32,000 nucleotides of DNA from positions 780,001 to 812,000 of the forward strand of contig NC_015067.1 in NCBI RefSeq assembly GCF_000196555.1, written 5' to 3'. Source of the stretch: Bifidobacterium longum subsp. longum JCM 1217. Lineage in GTDB: Bacteria > Actinomycetota > Actinomycetes > Actinomycetales > Bifidobacteriaceae. Position 1 is the stretch's first letter. The number at the start of each line of letters is the position of its first letter. The notes under the pieces are model-generated. The model did no database searches and was not told the origin of the DNA. It saw only the letters and a list, made by a program, of their open reading frames with translations. This document shows positions 8,104 to 16,112 of the stretch, in pieces. Both the position numbers and the translations under genes were made by a program.

Positions 8104-9300
8104 CTATTTGCCGGAGTCGGTCTGGTCGTTGCCGGAGGCATCGCCGGAATCGCCATTGGCGGCATCGGCCTTTGCCGAATCCTGAGATGAGTCACTGGAT
8201 GCGGCCGCCTTGCACTGACGGATGTACTTGGGGTCCGTGCTGGAACCGGTGCTGGCCTTGGAGTCTTGCGCATTGGCATCATCCGTGGCGGAGCCTTCGG
8301 CGCTGGAATCATCGGAATTCGCGTTGCTGTCCGCGGTATCGCCGTCCGTGGCGTCTTCGCAGCCATAGCTTGGATCCACCGCGTCGATGATGGTGTTGAT
8401 GAGCTGGTTGATCCAGGCGTTCAGCGTGTCGGCGTCCTTGGGCATTTGTTCGGAGACGTCGACTACCGGCACATCGGCGCGACCGGCAGCGCCAGTGATC
8501 ATATTGGTCGCGTCACTGGCTTCCTGCGTGTTGTTGACCAGCACATCCACGCCCTTGTCTTCGATGAGTTTCTGGAAAGACTGCAGGTCCGCGGGTGCCG
8601 GTTCGCCGCCGGAAGCGGTCGATTGCGTATACCCCTTGGGCGTCTGATCTTTGAACCCAAGATCGGCCATCAGATAATAGACCACGGGTTCGGTGGCTGC
8701 ATAGGTGAGGTCGGAGTGGGACTTGGTGAACTCGGACGCCCATGTTTCCAACGATTTCTCGTCCGCCTGCCATGCCTTGAGCCGCTTCTGGAAGGCTTTC
8801 TTCTTGCTGGGGAGTGCCTTTATATATGCATCGGTGATGGCCGTGGCCATGCTGGATCGAGCGTCTTTGGAGAACCACAGATGCGGGTTATCGCCCTCGA
8901 CGGCACCCATGACGGAAGCGGCGGATACGATATTCGTGGTCTTGGTCATCGATTTGGTGGCCCAGGAATCGTAGCCCGCACCGTTGGCCACGATGATTTG
9001 GGCCTTGGACAGCTTGGCGACATCCGAGGTCTTTGGCTCGAAATCGTGGGCATCCACATTGGTGGAGTTCACGATGGACGTGACTTCCACATCATCGCCG
9101 CCCAGCTCGGCGGCCAGCGAGCCCCATTGATTGAGGGAGGCCACCACATTGATCGGCCCGGTCGGTGCGGGAACGCTGGTCTTGTTGTCCGGCTCGGTTT
9201 CAGCGGGGGAGGTGGCTGCGCATGCGGTGGTCGCGAACAACAGGACGGCGCTCAGGCCGGCTGCGGCGAGTCGCGTAAGTCGTGTGATTTGAGTCCCCAT
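8104..9300 (-). CDS. Metal ABC transporter substrate-binding lipoprotein (TroA/ZnuA/MntC-like, cluster A-I) with an 85-aa acidic low-complexity tail
   Basis: I chose ATG 9300 (MGTQITRLTRLAAAGLSAVLLFATTAC...), which gives a signal peptide plus lipobox Cys. The track extension to 9834 runs antisense through folD, so I rejected it. Metal-site-like motifs are DAHDFEP and NPHLWF. Confidence 0.85.
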   Translation of the reverse strand: MGTQITRLTRLAAAGLSAVLLFATTACAATSPAETEPDNKTSVPAPTGPINVVASLNQWGSLAAELGGDDVEVTSIVNSTNVDAHDFEPKTSDVAKLSKAQIIVANGAGYDSWATKSMTKTTNIVSAASVMGAVEGDNPHLWFSKDARSSMATAITDAYIKALPSKKKAFQKRLKAWQADEKSLETWASEFTKSHSDLTYAATEPVVYYLMADLGFKDQTPKGYTQSTASGGEPAPADLQSFQKLIEDKGVDVLVNNTQEASDATNMITGAAGRADVPVVDVSEQMPKDADTLNAWINQLINTIIDAVDPSYGCEDATDGDTADSNANSDDSSAEGSATDDANAQDSKASTGSSTDPKYIRQCKAAASSDSSQDSAKADAANGDSGDASGNDQTDSGK

Positions 9301-9349
9301 GGCACGCCTTCTTCGTGAGAGCGAACGATATATAATCCTGACTTGTTCC

Positions 9350-9366
9350 AACGATAGCCTATCGTT
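9350..9366. promoter_or_regulatory. 17-bp perfect palindrome AACGATAGCCTATCGTT in the divergent binding-protein/folD promoter region (candidate metalloregulator operator)
   Basis: It is a perfect inverted repeat centred on C9358. It overlaps a TAGGCT -10-like hexamer on the minus strand. Extra half-site copies occur at 9324-9330 (AACGATA) and 9368-9374 (CGATAGA). Confidence 0.45.
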
Positions 9367-9403
9367 TCGATAGAATGCACCGAAACTACAGGGGAGGGCG
9401 TTG

Positions 9404-10279
9404 ATGTCCACAAAAATCGACGGTAAGCAGATTGCGGCCGAAATCAAGACCAACCTTGCCGAGCGAGTGAACAAGCTCAAGGCGCAGGGCATCCAACCGG
9501 GGCTGGGCACGCTGCTGGTGGGCGAGGACCCCGGGTCGATGAAGTACGTGGCCGGCAAGCACGCCGATTGCCAGGAAGTGGGCATTACCTCAGTCAAGAA
9601 GGAACTGCCGGCGGACGCCAGCTTCGACGACATCGCCGCTGCCGTACGCGAACTCAACGAAGATCCGGCTTGCACCGGGTTCATCGTCCAGCTGCCGTTG
9701 CCCAAGGGCATCAACGAGAACGCGATCATCGACATGATCGACCCGGCCAAGGATGCCGACGGCATGCACCCGTACAACCTTGGCGAACTGGTGCTGCATG
9801 TGCGCGGCGACATTTCGACGCCGCTGCCTTGCACTCCGCGCGGTGTGCTCGAGCTACTCGACGCCTATGACATTGATCTGAACGGCAAGGAAGTGTGCGT
9901 GCTTGGCCGCGGCATCACCATTGGCCGCACGATTGGCCTAATGCTCACGCGCAACGCCGTCAACGCCACCGTCACCCTGTGCCACACCGGTACCCGGGAT
10001 GTGGCCGACCACATGCGCCGCGCCGACGTGATCGTCGCCGCAATGGGTTCGGCCGGATTCGTGACGCCCGACAAAATCAAGGACGGCGCCGTGCTGGTCG
10101 ATGTGGGCGTCAGCCGCGTCTACGACGAAGAAGCCGGTCGCTACCGCATCAAGGGCGACGTGGACAAGGCCTGCTACGACAAGGCCTCCGCCTACACCCC
10201 CAACCCCGGAGGCGTGGGTCCCATGACCCGAGCCATGCTCCTAGCCAACGTCGTGGAAATGGCCGAACGACACGCCTAG
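9404..10279 (+). CDS. folD: Bifunctional methylenetetrahydrofolate dehydrogenase / methenyltetrahydrofolate cyclohydrolase
   Basis: ATG 9404 follows GGGGAGGG; the track start, TTG 9401, is one codon upstream. Motifs include GxGxxxG ([13 protein letters not shown]) and PGGVGPMT. Confidence 0.93.
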   Translation: MSTKIDGKQIAAEIKTNLAERVNKLKAQGIQPGLGTLLVGEDPGSMKYVAGKHADCQEVGITSVKKELPADASFDDIAAAVRELNEDPACTGFIVQLPLPKGINENAIIDMIDPAKDADGMHPYNLGELVLHVRGDISTPLPCTPRGVLELLDAYDIDLNGKEVCVLGRGITIGRTIGLMLTRNAVNATVTLCHTGTRDVADHMRRADVIVAAMGSAGFVTPDKIKDGAVLVDVGVSRVYDEEAGRYRIKGDVDKACYDKASAYTPNPGGVGPMTRAMLLANVVEMAERHA

Positions 10280-10398
10280 AGTTTCCTAGGAAATTTGGGC
10301 AGAGTTGCTTGTATTGTGAGTATCTGTATGCCTGTAGGGTGTGCGTATAACTGAATATCGAGAAATTATCCATCCACTATTAGAAACCATATATTTAC

Positions 10399-11874
10399 AT
10401 GGCAGAGAACAACACTGAAGTCACCAAGGTTGCCATCAACGACATCGGCACCGAAGAGGACTTCATCAAGGCAGTCGATTCCACCATCAAGAACTTCGAT
10501 GATGGTGATCTGGTTGAGGGCACCGTCGTCAAGATCGATCACGACGAAGTCCTCCTGGACATCGGCTACAAGACCGAGGGTGTCATCCCCTCCCGCGAGC
10601 TTTCCATCAAGAAGGACGTTGATCCTGACGAAGTCGTCGAGGTCGGCGACACCATCGAGGCCCTTGTCGTCACCAAGGAAGACAAGGAAGGCCGTCTGAT
10701 TCTGTCCAAGAAGCGTGCCCAGTACGAGCGCGCCTGGGGCGACATCGAGAAGATCAAGGAAGCTGACGGCGTCGTTGAGGGCACCGTCATCGAAGCCGTC
10801 AAGGGCGGCCTCATCGTCGACATCGGTCTGCGCGGCTTCCTGCCTGCCTCCCTCGTTGAGATGCGTCGCGTCCGCGACCTCTCCCCGTACATCGGCCAGA
10901 AGATCAAGGCCAAGATCCTTGAGCTCGACAAGAACCGCAACAACGTGGTCCTGTCCCGTCGCCAGTACCTCGAGGAGACCCAGTCCGAGGTCCGCGAGAC
11001 CTTCCTGTCCCAGCTCAAGAAGGGCCAGATCCGTGAGGGCGTGGTGTCCTCCATCGTTAACTTCGGCGCTTTCGTCGATCTCGGCGGTGTTGACGGCCTG
11101 ATCCACGTTTCCGAGCTGTCCTGGAAGCACATCGACCACCCGTCTGAGGTCGTCAAGGTCGGCGACAAGGTCACCGTCGAGGTGCTCGACGTCGATCTCG
11201 ACCGTGAGCGTATCTCCCTGTCCCTGAAGGCGACTCAGGAGGATCCGTGGCAGCGCTTCGCTCGCACCCACGTTCCCGGCCAGATCGTCAAGGGCAAGGT
11301 CACCAAGATCGTCCAGTTCGGTGTCTTCATCTCCGTCGAGGACGGCATCGAGGGCCTGGTGCACATCTCCGAGCTCGCCAACCGTCACGTCGAGAACCCG
11401 GAGACCGTGGTCAAGCCGGGCGAGACCGTGTTCGTCAAGGTGATCGACGTCGACCTCGATCGTCGCCGCATCTCCCTGTCCCTCAAGCAGGCCAACGACT
11501 CCGTTGACCCGGCTTCCGAGGACTTCGATCCGGCCATCTACGGCATGCCGGCCGAGTACGACGAGCAGGGCAACTACAAGTACCCCGAAGGCTTCGACCC
11601 GAACACCAACGAGTGGATCGCTGGTTACGAGAAGCAGCGCGAGGAGTGGGAGTCTCAGTACGCCGCCGCTCACGAGCTGTGGGAGGAGCACAAGGAGTTC
11701 GTGGCCAAGGAGCTGGAGAACGCTGCCGAATCCGCAGCCGCCGACGGCCAGGGCCCGAAGGAAGAGAAGCCGGTCGAGGAGACCTCCAACTACTCTTCCG
11801 CTGCTCCGGCTACCGGTACCCTCGCCGACTCCGATCAGCTCGCCGCCCTGCGCGACCAGCTGCTCGGCAAGTGA
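10399..11874 (+). CDS. rpsA: 30S ribosomal protein S1
   Basis: 491-aa ORF with repeated S1 OB-fold units (GxVV.I....V.LDIG.K.EG.IP ...; GLIHVSELSW; GLVHISELAN) and the acidic C-terminus typical of actinobacterial S1. Confidence 0.96.
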   Translation: MAENNTEVTKVAINDIGTEEDFIKAVDSTIKNFDDGDLVEGTVVKIDHDEVLLDIGYKTEGVIPSRELSIKKDVDPDEVVEVGDTIEALVVTKEDKEGRLILSKKRAQYERAWGDIEKIKEADGVVEGTVIEAVKGGLIVDIGLRGFLPASLVEMRRVRDLSPYIGQKIKAKILELDKNRNNVVLSRRQYLEETQSEVRETFLSQLKKGQIREGVVSSIVNFGAFVDLGGVDGLIHVSELSWKHIDHPSEVVKVGDKVTVEVLDVDLDRERISLSLKATQEDPWQRFARTHVPGQIVKGKVTKIVQFGVFISVEDGIEGLVHISELANRHVENPETVVKPGETVFVKVIDVDLDRRRISLSLKQANDSVDPASEDFDPAIYGMPAEYDEQGNYKYPEGFDPNTNEWIAGYEKQREEWESQYAAAHELWEEHKEFVAKELENAAESAAADGQGPKEEKPVEETSNYSSAAPATGTLADSDQLAALRDQLLGK

Positions 11875-11906
11875 GTTTGCCGCGAAGCTAGCGCTTAGCG
11901 TGTAAA

Positions 11907-11945
11907 GAAACCCGGTCCGATTGGGCCGGGTTTCTTGTGTTTTTG
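11907..11945 (+). terminator. Rho-independent terminator of rpsA
   Basis: GAAACCCGGTCC gatt GGGCCGGGTTTC forms a 12-bp stem with one G.U pair, followed by TTGTGTTTTT. Confidence 0.78.
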
Positions 11946-11961
11946 GAGTTATCCGCCAATG

Positions 11962-12037
11962 ACTCCCCTCAGTCTCGCTACGCGAGCCGGCTCCCCTCCC
12001 TGAGGGGAGCTGTCGGCGATAGCCGGCCGAGGGGAGC
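11962..12037. repeat. GC-rich CCCCTC/GAGGGG palindromic intergenic element (family copy A)
   Basis: The segment ctcccctcagtctcgctacgcgagccGGCTCCCCTCcctGAGGGGAGCtgtcggcgatagccggccgaggggagc contains a 9-bp hairpin at 11990-12010. It shares the CCCCTCAG / GCTCCCCTC / GAGGGGAGC motifs with 22356-22378, 26367-26403 and 30048-30079. Confidence 0.55.
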
Positions 12038-12047
12038 GCCAGCTATC

Positions 12048-12665
12048 ATGGGCACCATGATGCGAATAGGACTGACCGGCGGCATCGCCGCGGGCAAAAG
12101 TACGGTGGCGGCGCAACTCAAGCAACTCGGCGCGTTGCATATCGACTACGATGCGCTGGCGCATCAGATCGTCGAACCCGGGGGAGTGGCGCTGCCACAG
12201 ATCGTCGCCGAGTTCGGTCCTGATGCATTGCTCGCCGATGGCACTATGAACCGGCCATGGATTGCCGATCATGTCTTCGGCGCGAACGCCGCGCCGGGCG
12301 CACGTGAACGGCTCGACGCCATCGAGCACCCATTGATCTATGCCGAGGCGGCGCGACTGGAGCATGAGCACCCCGAGGCAGCCATCATCATTCACGACAT
12401 TCCACTGCTCGCCGAGGTCATTGACGATATTCCATTCGCCTTTGACCATATCGTCACGGTCGAAGCTCCCGTGTGCATGCGGCTCGACCGTATGGTCGAG
12501 GAACGCGGCATGAGCCTGGAACAGGCCGAGGCCCGCATCCGCCACCAATCCAGTGAGGAGGAGCGGCGGGCCATAGCCGATATCGTCATCGACTCCACCC
12601 ATCCATTGCCCGAGATGCTGGCCCAAGTGGGTGAGATATACGCAGGATGGTGCGCAGGTCGCTAA
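12048..12665 (+). CDS. coaE: Dephospho-CoA kinase
   Basis: I chose ATG 12048 (MGTMMRIGLTGGIAAGKSTV...), which follows GAGGGGAG. ATG 12057 or 12060 are possible alternatives. The track start 11937 would translate the repeat element. It has the P-loop GLTGGIAAGKST. Confidence 0.85.
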   Translation: MGTMMRIGLTGGIAAGKSTVAAQLKQLGALHIDYDALAHQIVEPGGVALPQIVAEFGPDALLADGTMNRPWIADHVFGANAAPGARERLDAIEHPLIYAEAARLEHEHPEAAIIIHDIPLLAEVIDDIPFAFDHIVTVEAPVCMRLDRMVEERGMSLEQAEARIRHQSSEEERRAIADIVIDSTHPLPEMLAQVGEIYAGWCAGR

Positions 12666-12676
12666 GATGAGGCCCT

Positions 12677-14788
12677 ATGGGATTCAATATCGAGCGCGCG
12701 GACAAGCCTTTCGTCGTCAAATCGCCATATAAGCCATCCGGCGACCAGCCGCAGGCCATCGCCGAACTGGCCGAACGCATCGAAAACGGCGAGAATGATG
12801 TGGTTCTTATGGGTGCCACCGGTACCGGCAAAACCGCAACCACCGCCTGGCTGATCGAAAAGCTGCAGCGACCGACCCTGATTATCGAGCCCAACAAGAC
12901 GCTCGCTGCGCAGCTATGCGCCGAATTCCGCGAACTCATGCCGGACAACGCCGTGAGCTACTTCGTGAGCTACTACGACTACTACCAGCCCGAGGCATAC
13001 ATCCCGCAGACCGACACCTATATAGAAAAGGACTCCAACATCAACGACGATGTGGAGCGCCTGCGCCACCAAGCCACCGCAAACCTGCTGACCCGCCGCG
13101 ACTGCGTGGTTGTGGCCACCGTCTCCTGCATCTACGGCTTGGGTACGCCGGAAGAATACGCCGGTCGCATGCTCTTCCTCAAAGTCGGGCAGGAAATCAA
13201 CCGCGACGACCTGCTGCGCCAATTCGTGGCCATGCAGTACAAGCGCAACGACATCGCCTTCACGCGCGGCACCTTCCGCGTGCGCGGCGATACGGTCGAA
13301 ATCATCCCCGTCTACGAGGAACTGGCCGTGCGCATCGAATTCTTCGGCGACGAGATTGACCGCATCTCCACGCTGCACCCGCTGACCGGCGACGAGATCG
13401 ACGAGGAAAACGAAGTCCACATCTTCCCGGCCTCCCATTATGTGGCCGGCCCCGAACGCATGGAACGGGCGCTCAAAACCATTCGCGAGGAACTCGACGA
13501 ACGCCTGGCAGAACTGCGCAAACAAGGCAAGGAGCTGGAAGCGCAGCGCCTCAACATGCGCACCACCTACGATCTGGAAATGCTCACCCAAGTTGGCGTG
13601 TGCTCAGGCGTCGAAAACTATTCGCGCCACTTTGACGGCCGCGCCGCTGGCACCCCGCCGCACACGCTGCTCGACTTCTTCCCTGACGACTTCCTGCTGG
13701 TCATCGACGAATCACACGTCACTGTGCCGCAGATCGGTGCCATGTACGAGGGCGATGCCTCCCGCAAGCGCACGCTGGTCGAACACGGCTTCCGCCTGCC
13801 CTCCGCGATGGACAACCGACCACTCAAATGGCCGGAATTCCTGCAGCGCGTCGGCCAGACCGTGTACCTGTCCGCCACGCCAGGCGACTATGAGATGGGA
13901 CTGTCCGATGGGGTGGTCGAACAGATTATCCGCCCAACCGGTCTGCTGGACCCGAAGATCGACGTACGCCCGGTCAAGGGGCAGATCGACGATCTGCTCG
14001 CCGAGATCAAGGCCCGTGTGGCCAAGAACGAGCGCGCGCTGGTCACCACTCTGACCAAGAAGATGGCCGAGGACTTGACCGACTATCTGCTGGAACGCGG
14101 CATCAAGGTCGAATACCTGCATTCTGATGTGGATACGTTGCGCCGCGTCGAACTGCTGCGCATGTTGCGCGAAGGCAAGATCGATGTGATTGTCGGTATC
14201 AACCTGCTGCGTGAGGGCCTCGATTTGCCGGAAGTATCGCTGGTGGCGATTCTTGACGCCGACAAGGAAGGATTCCTGCGCTCCTATCGTTCGCTCATCC
14301 AGACCATCGGCCGTGCGGCCCGAAACGTGTCCGGCACGGTGATCATGTACGCCGACGAGACCACCGAAGCCATGCGGCAAGCCATCGACGAGACTGACCG
14401 TCGCCGCGCCAAGCAGATTGCCTACAACCAGGAGCATGGCATCGATCCCAAGCCCCTGATCAAGAAGATCAGCGACGTCAACGACATGCTCGCCAAGGAG
14501 GATGTGGACACCCAGACCTTGCTTGAAGGTGGCTACCGCAACGCGGGCAAGGCCGGCAACACGCACCTGGGCGTGCCGGTACTCGATCCCAACGAGGCAG
14601 ACAAACGCCACGAGGAGATCCTGAAGGCCGGCCTGCCCGCGCAGGACCTCGCCGACCTGATTCGCCAACTGAGCGAACAGATGCACACCGCCGCCGAACA
14701 ACTCCAGTTCGAACTCGCGGCCCGTCTGCGCGACGAGATCCGAGACCTCAAAAAAGAACTCCGTCAAATGACGGAAGCCAACAAGTAA
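12677..14788 (+). CDS. uvrB: Excinuclease ABC subunit B
   Basis: 703-aa ORF. It has Walker A GATGTGKT, the beta-hairpin region [10 protein letters not shown], helicase motifs ([14 protein letters not shown]) and a C-terminal UVR motif ([17 protein letters not shown]). Confidence 0.97.
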   Translation: MGFNIERADKPFVVKSPYKPSGDQPQAIAELAERIENGENDVVLMGATGTGKTATTAWLIEKLQRPTLIIEPNKTLAAQLCAEFRELMPDNAVSYFVSYYDYYQPEAYIPQTDTYIEKDSNINDDVERLRHQATANLLTRRDCVVVATVSCIYGLGTPEEYAGRMLFLKVGQEINRDDLLRQFVAMQYKRNDIAFTRGTFRVRGDTVEIIPVYEELAVRIEFFGDEIDRISTLHPLTGDEIDEENEVHIFPASHYVAGPERMERALKTIREELDERLAELRKQGKELEAQRLNMRTTYDLEMLTQVGVCSGVENYSRHFDGRAAGTPPHTLLDFFPDDFLLVIDESHVTVPQIGAMYEGDASRKRTLVEHGFRLPSAMDNRPLKWPEFLQRVGQTVYLSATPGDYEMGLSDGVVEQIIRPTGLLDPKIDVRPVKGQIDDLLAEIKARVAKNERALVTTLTKKMAEDLTDYLLERGIKVEYLHSDVDTLRRVELLRMLREGKIDVIVGINLLREGLDLPEVSLVAILDADKEGFLRSYRSLIQTIGRAARNVSGTVIMYADETTEAMRQAIDETDRRRAKQIAYNQEHGIDPKPLIKKISDVNDMLAKEDVDTQTLLEGGYRNAGKAGNTHLGVPVLDPNEADKRHEEILKAGLPAQDLADLIRQLSEQMHTAAEQLQFELAARLRDEIRDLKKELRQMTEANK

Positions 14789-14810
14789 CCAAATTCCCAT
14801 ACCCGAGGCG

Positions 14811-14894
14811 GGCAGTCAGGGGATGCGTTGTTCGACCGTAAAGACTTGGCCTGAGCGGCCCGGAGCGTGTCGAACAACACATCCCCTGACTGCC
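14811..14894. repeat. 84-bp hairpin element: 26-bp inverted repeat (25/26 complementary) with a 32-nt spacer
   Basis: GGCAGTCAGGGGATGCGTTGTTCGAC (14811-14836) pairs with GTCGAACAACACATCCCCTGACTGCC (14869-14894). I aligned the arms base by base and found a single C/A mismatch. Confidence 0.85.
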
Positions 14895-14958
14895 TGGCGA
14901 TCAGCGCTACCGGAACGGCCCCCAAAACCGTCACATACATAAGTTAGTGTAGGGAATC

Positions 14959-15945
14959 ATGGCAGAAACCCCACTCGCATTTGAAATCATCACCTTCGTG
15001 GTGCTCGCGTTGTTCTTTATCGTCGACCTGTTCGTCATCGGACGCCGACCGCATGTGCCCTCCACCAAGGAATGCGTGCAGCATATCGCCTTCTTCGTGG
15101 TTATGGCGCTGATCTTCGGCGGATGCATCTGGTTCTTCGCCGGCTCCAAGCCCGCCATCGAGTTCTATTCCGGCTGGCTCACCGAATACTCGTTGTCCAT
15201 CGACAACCTATTCGTGTTCGTCATTATCATGTCGAACTTCGCGGTGCCCAAGCAGATTCAGAAGTATGTGCTGTCCATCGGCATCACCATTGCTTTGATT
15301 TTCCGTGGCATTTTCATTCTGATCGGCGCGGCCCTGATCTCCCGCTTCACGTGGGTGTTCTTCCTGTTCGGTGCCTTCCTGATCTACACCGCCGTCAAAC
15401 TGGTGCTCGGCGGCGATGAAGATGAGGAATATCACGAGAACGGCATCATCCGTAATCTGCGCAAGATCATCAAGATTACCGACGACTACGACGGCGAGAA
15501 GCTGCGCACCACCAAGAACGGCGTGCGTTACTGGACCCCGATGCTCATCGTGTTCCTGACCATCGGCACCACCGACGTCATGTTCGCTTTCGACTCGATT
15601 CCCGCGATCTTCGGCCTGACCAAGGATCCGTTCCTGGTGTTCACCTCCAACGTGTTCGCACTGCTCGGCCTGCAGCAGCTGTACTTCCTGCTGGGTGCTC
15701 TGCTCGACAAGCTCGTCTACCTGCCTGCCGGCCTGTCCGTGGTGCTGGGCTTCATCGGCGTCAAGCTCATCATGGAGGCCCTGCACGGCAATACCTTGCC
15801 GTTCATCAACGGCGGCGAAGGCGTCCATTGGGTGCCGGAGGTGCCCACATGGCTGTCGCTGGCTGTGATTGTGCTCGCAATTGGCGGCGCATCCGTGGCT
15901 TCCGTGATCAAGATGAAGAGCATGGAAAGCGCTGAAAAGGCCTGA
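14959..15945 (+). CDS. TerC-family integral membrane protein
   Basis: 328-aa polytopic ORF that resembles TerC/Alx-type proteins (…EYSLSIDNLFVF…, …GTTDVMFAFDSIPAIFG…FTSNVFALLGLQQLYF…). Confidence 0.85.
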   Translation: MAETPLAFEIITFVVLALFFIVDLFVIGRRPHVPSTKECVQHIAFFVVMALIFGGCIWFFAGSKPAIEFYSGWLTEYSLSIDNLFVFVIIMSNFAVPKQIQKYVLSIGITIALIFRGIFILIGAALISRFTWVFFLFGAFLIYTAVKLVLGGDEDEEYHENGIIRNLRKIIKITDDYDGEKLRTTKNGVRYWTPMLIVFLTIGTTDVMFAFDSIPAIFGLTKDPFLVFTSNVFALLGLQQLYFLLGALLDKLVYLPAGLSVVLGFIGVKLIMEALHGNTLPFINGGEGVHWVPEVPTWLSLAVIVLAIGGASVASVIKMKSMESAEKA

Positions 15946-15988
15946 AATCGTTAGAGAATACAACCCTTAAACCCAGTCAACACAACAA

Positions 15989-16002
15989 TGTGAGCGCTCA
16001 CA
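15989..16002. promoter_or_regulatory. Perfect 14-bp LacI-family-type operator palindrome TGTGAGCGCTCACA upstream of pyk
   Basis: It is identical to the core of the idealised symmetric lac operator (TGTGAGC GCTCACA) and lies 111 nt upstream of the pyk ATG. Confidence 0.6.
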
Positions 16003-16112
16003 ACACACCGTGAAGAAAACTTGTCATGAGTCGGCTCGCGCTAGTAGACTGGGTTTCGGCAAATGGGGCAATCGCGCCTCGAACCAAATTGAACAAGAAT
16101 AGGCAGGCATTC

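Noticed and set aside
9301-9403. Possible ZTP (pfl) or THF riboswitch upstream of folD
   Set aside because: The leader is about 100 nt at most and is shared with a divergent promoter. It lacks the conserved ZTP 3' pseudoknot sequence (CCGCCUGGGC-like).
9301-9834. N-terminal extension of the binding-protein ORF (track 8104..9834, 576 aa)
   Set aside because: The extension is antisense to folD and crosses the divergent promoter region. A canonical lipoprotein signal peptide begins at ATG 9300.
10282-10293. 12-bp perfect palindrome TTTCCTAGGAAA right after the folD stop
   Set aside because: It is short and loop-less, and palindromes of this length are expected by chance in 32 kb. I see no second copy in the window.
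11937-12047. Longer coaE start (track 11937, MFLELSANDSPQSRYASRLPSLRGAVGDSRPRGAPAI...)
   Set aside because: This segment begins inside the T-tract end of the rpsA terminator and translates the GC-rich repeat element. The conserved CoaE N-terminus (RIGLTGGIAAGKS) begins right after ATG 12048.
14789-14958. Possible yybP-ykoY (Mn2+) riboswitch upstream of the TerC-family gene
   Set aside because: TerC/Alx genes are frequent targets of this riboswitch. However, the conserved core elements I remember (GGGGAGUAG in one loop, UUGACAUA-type in the partner loop, a four-way junction) are absent. The region folds as one simple long hairpin. An Infernal search with RF00080 would settle it.
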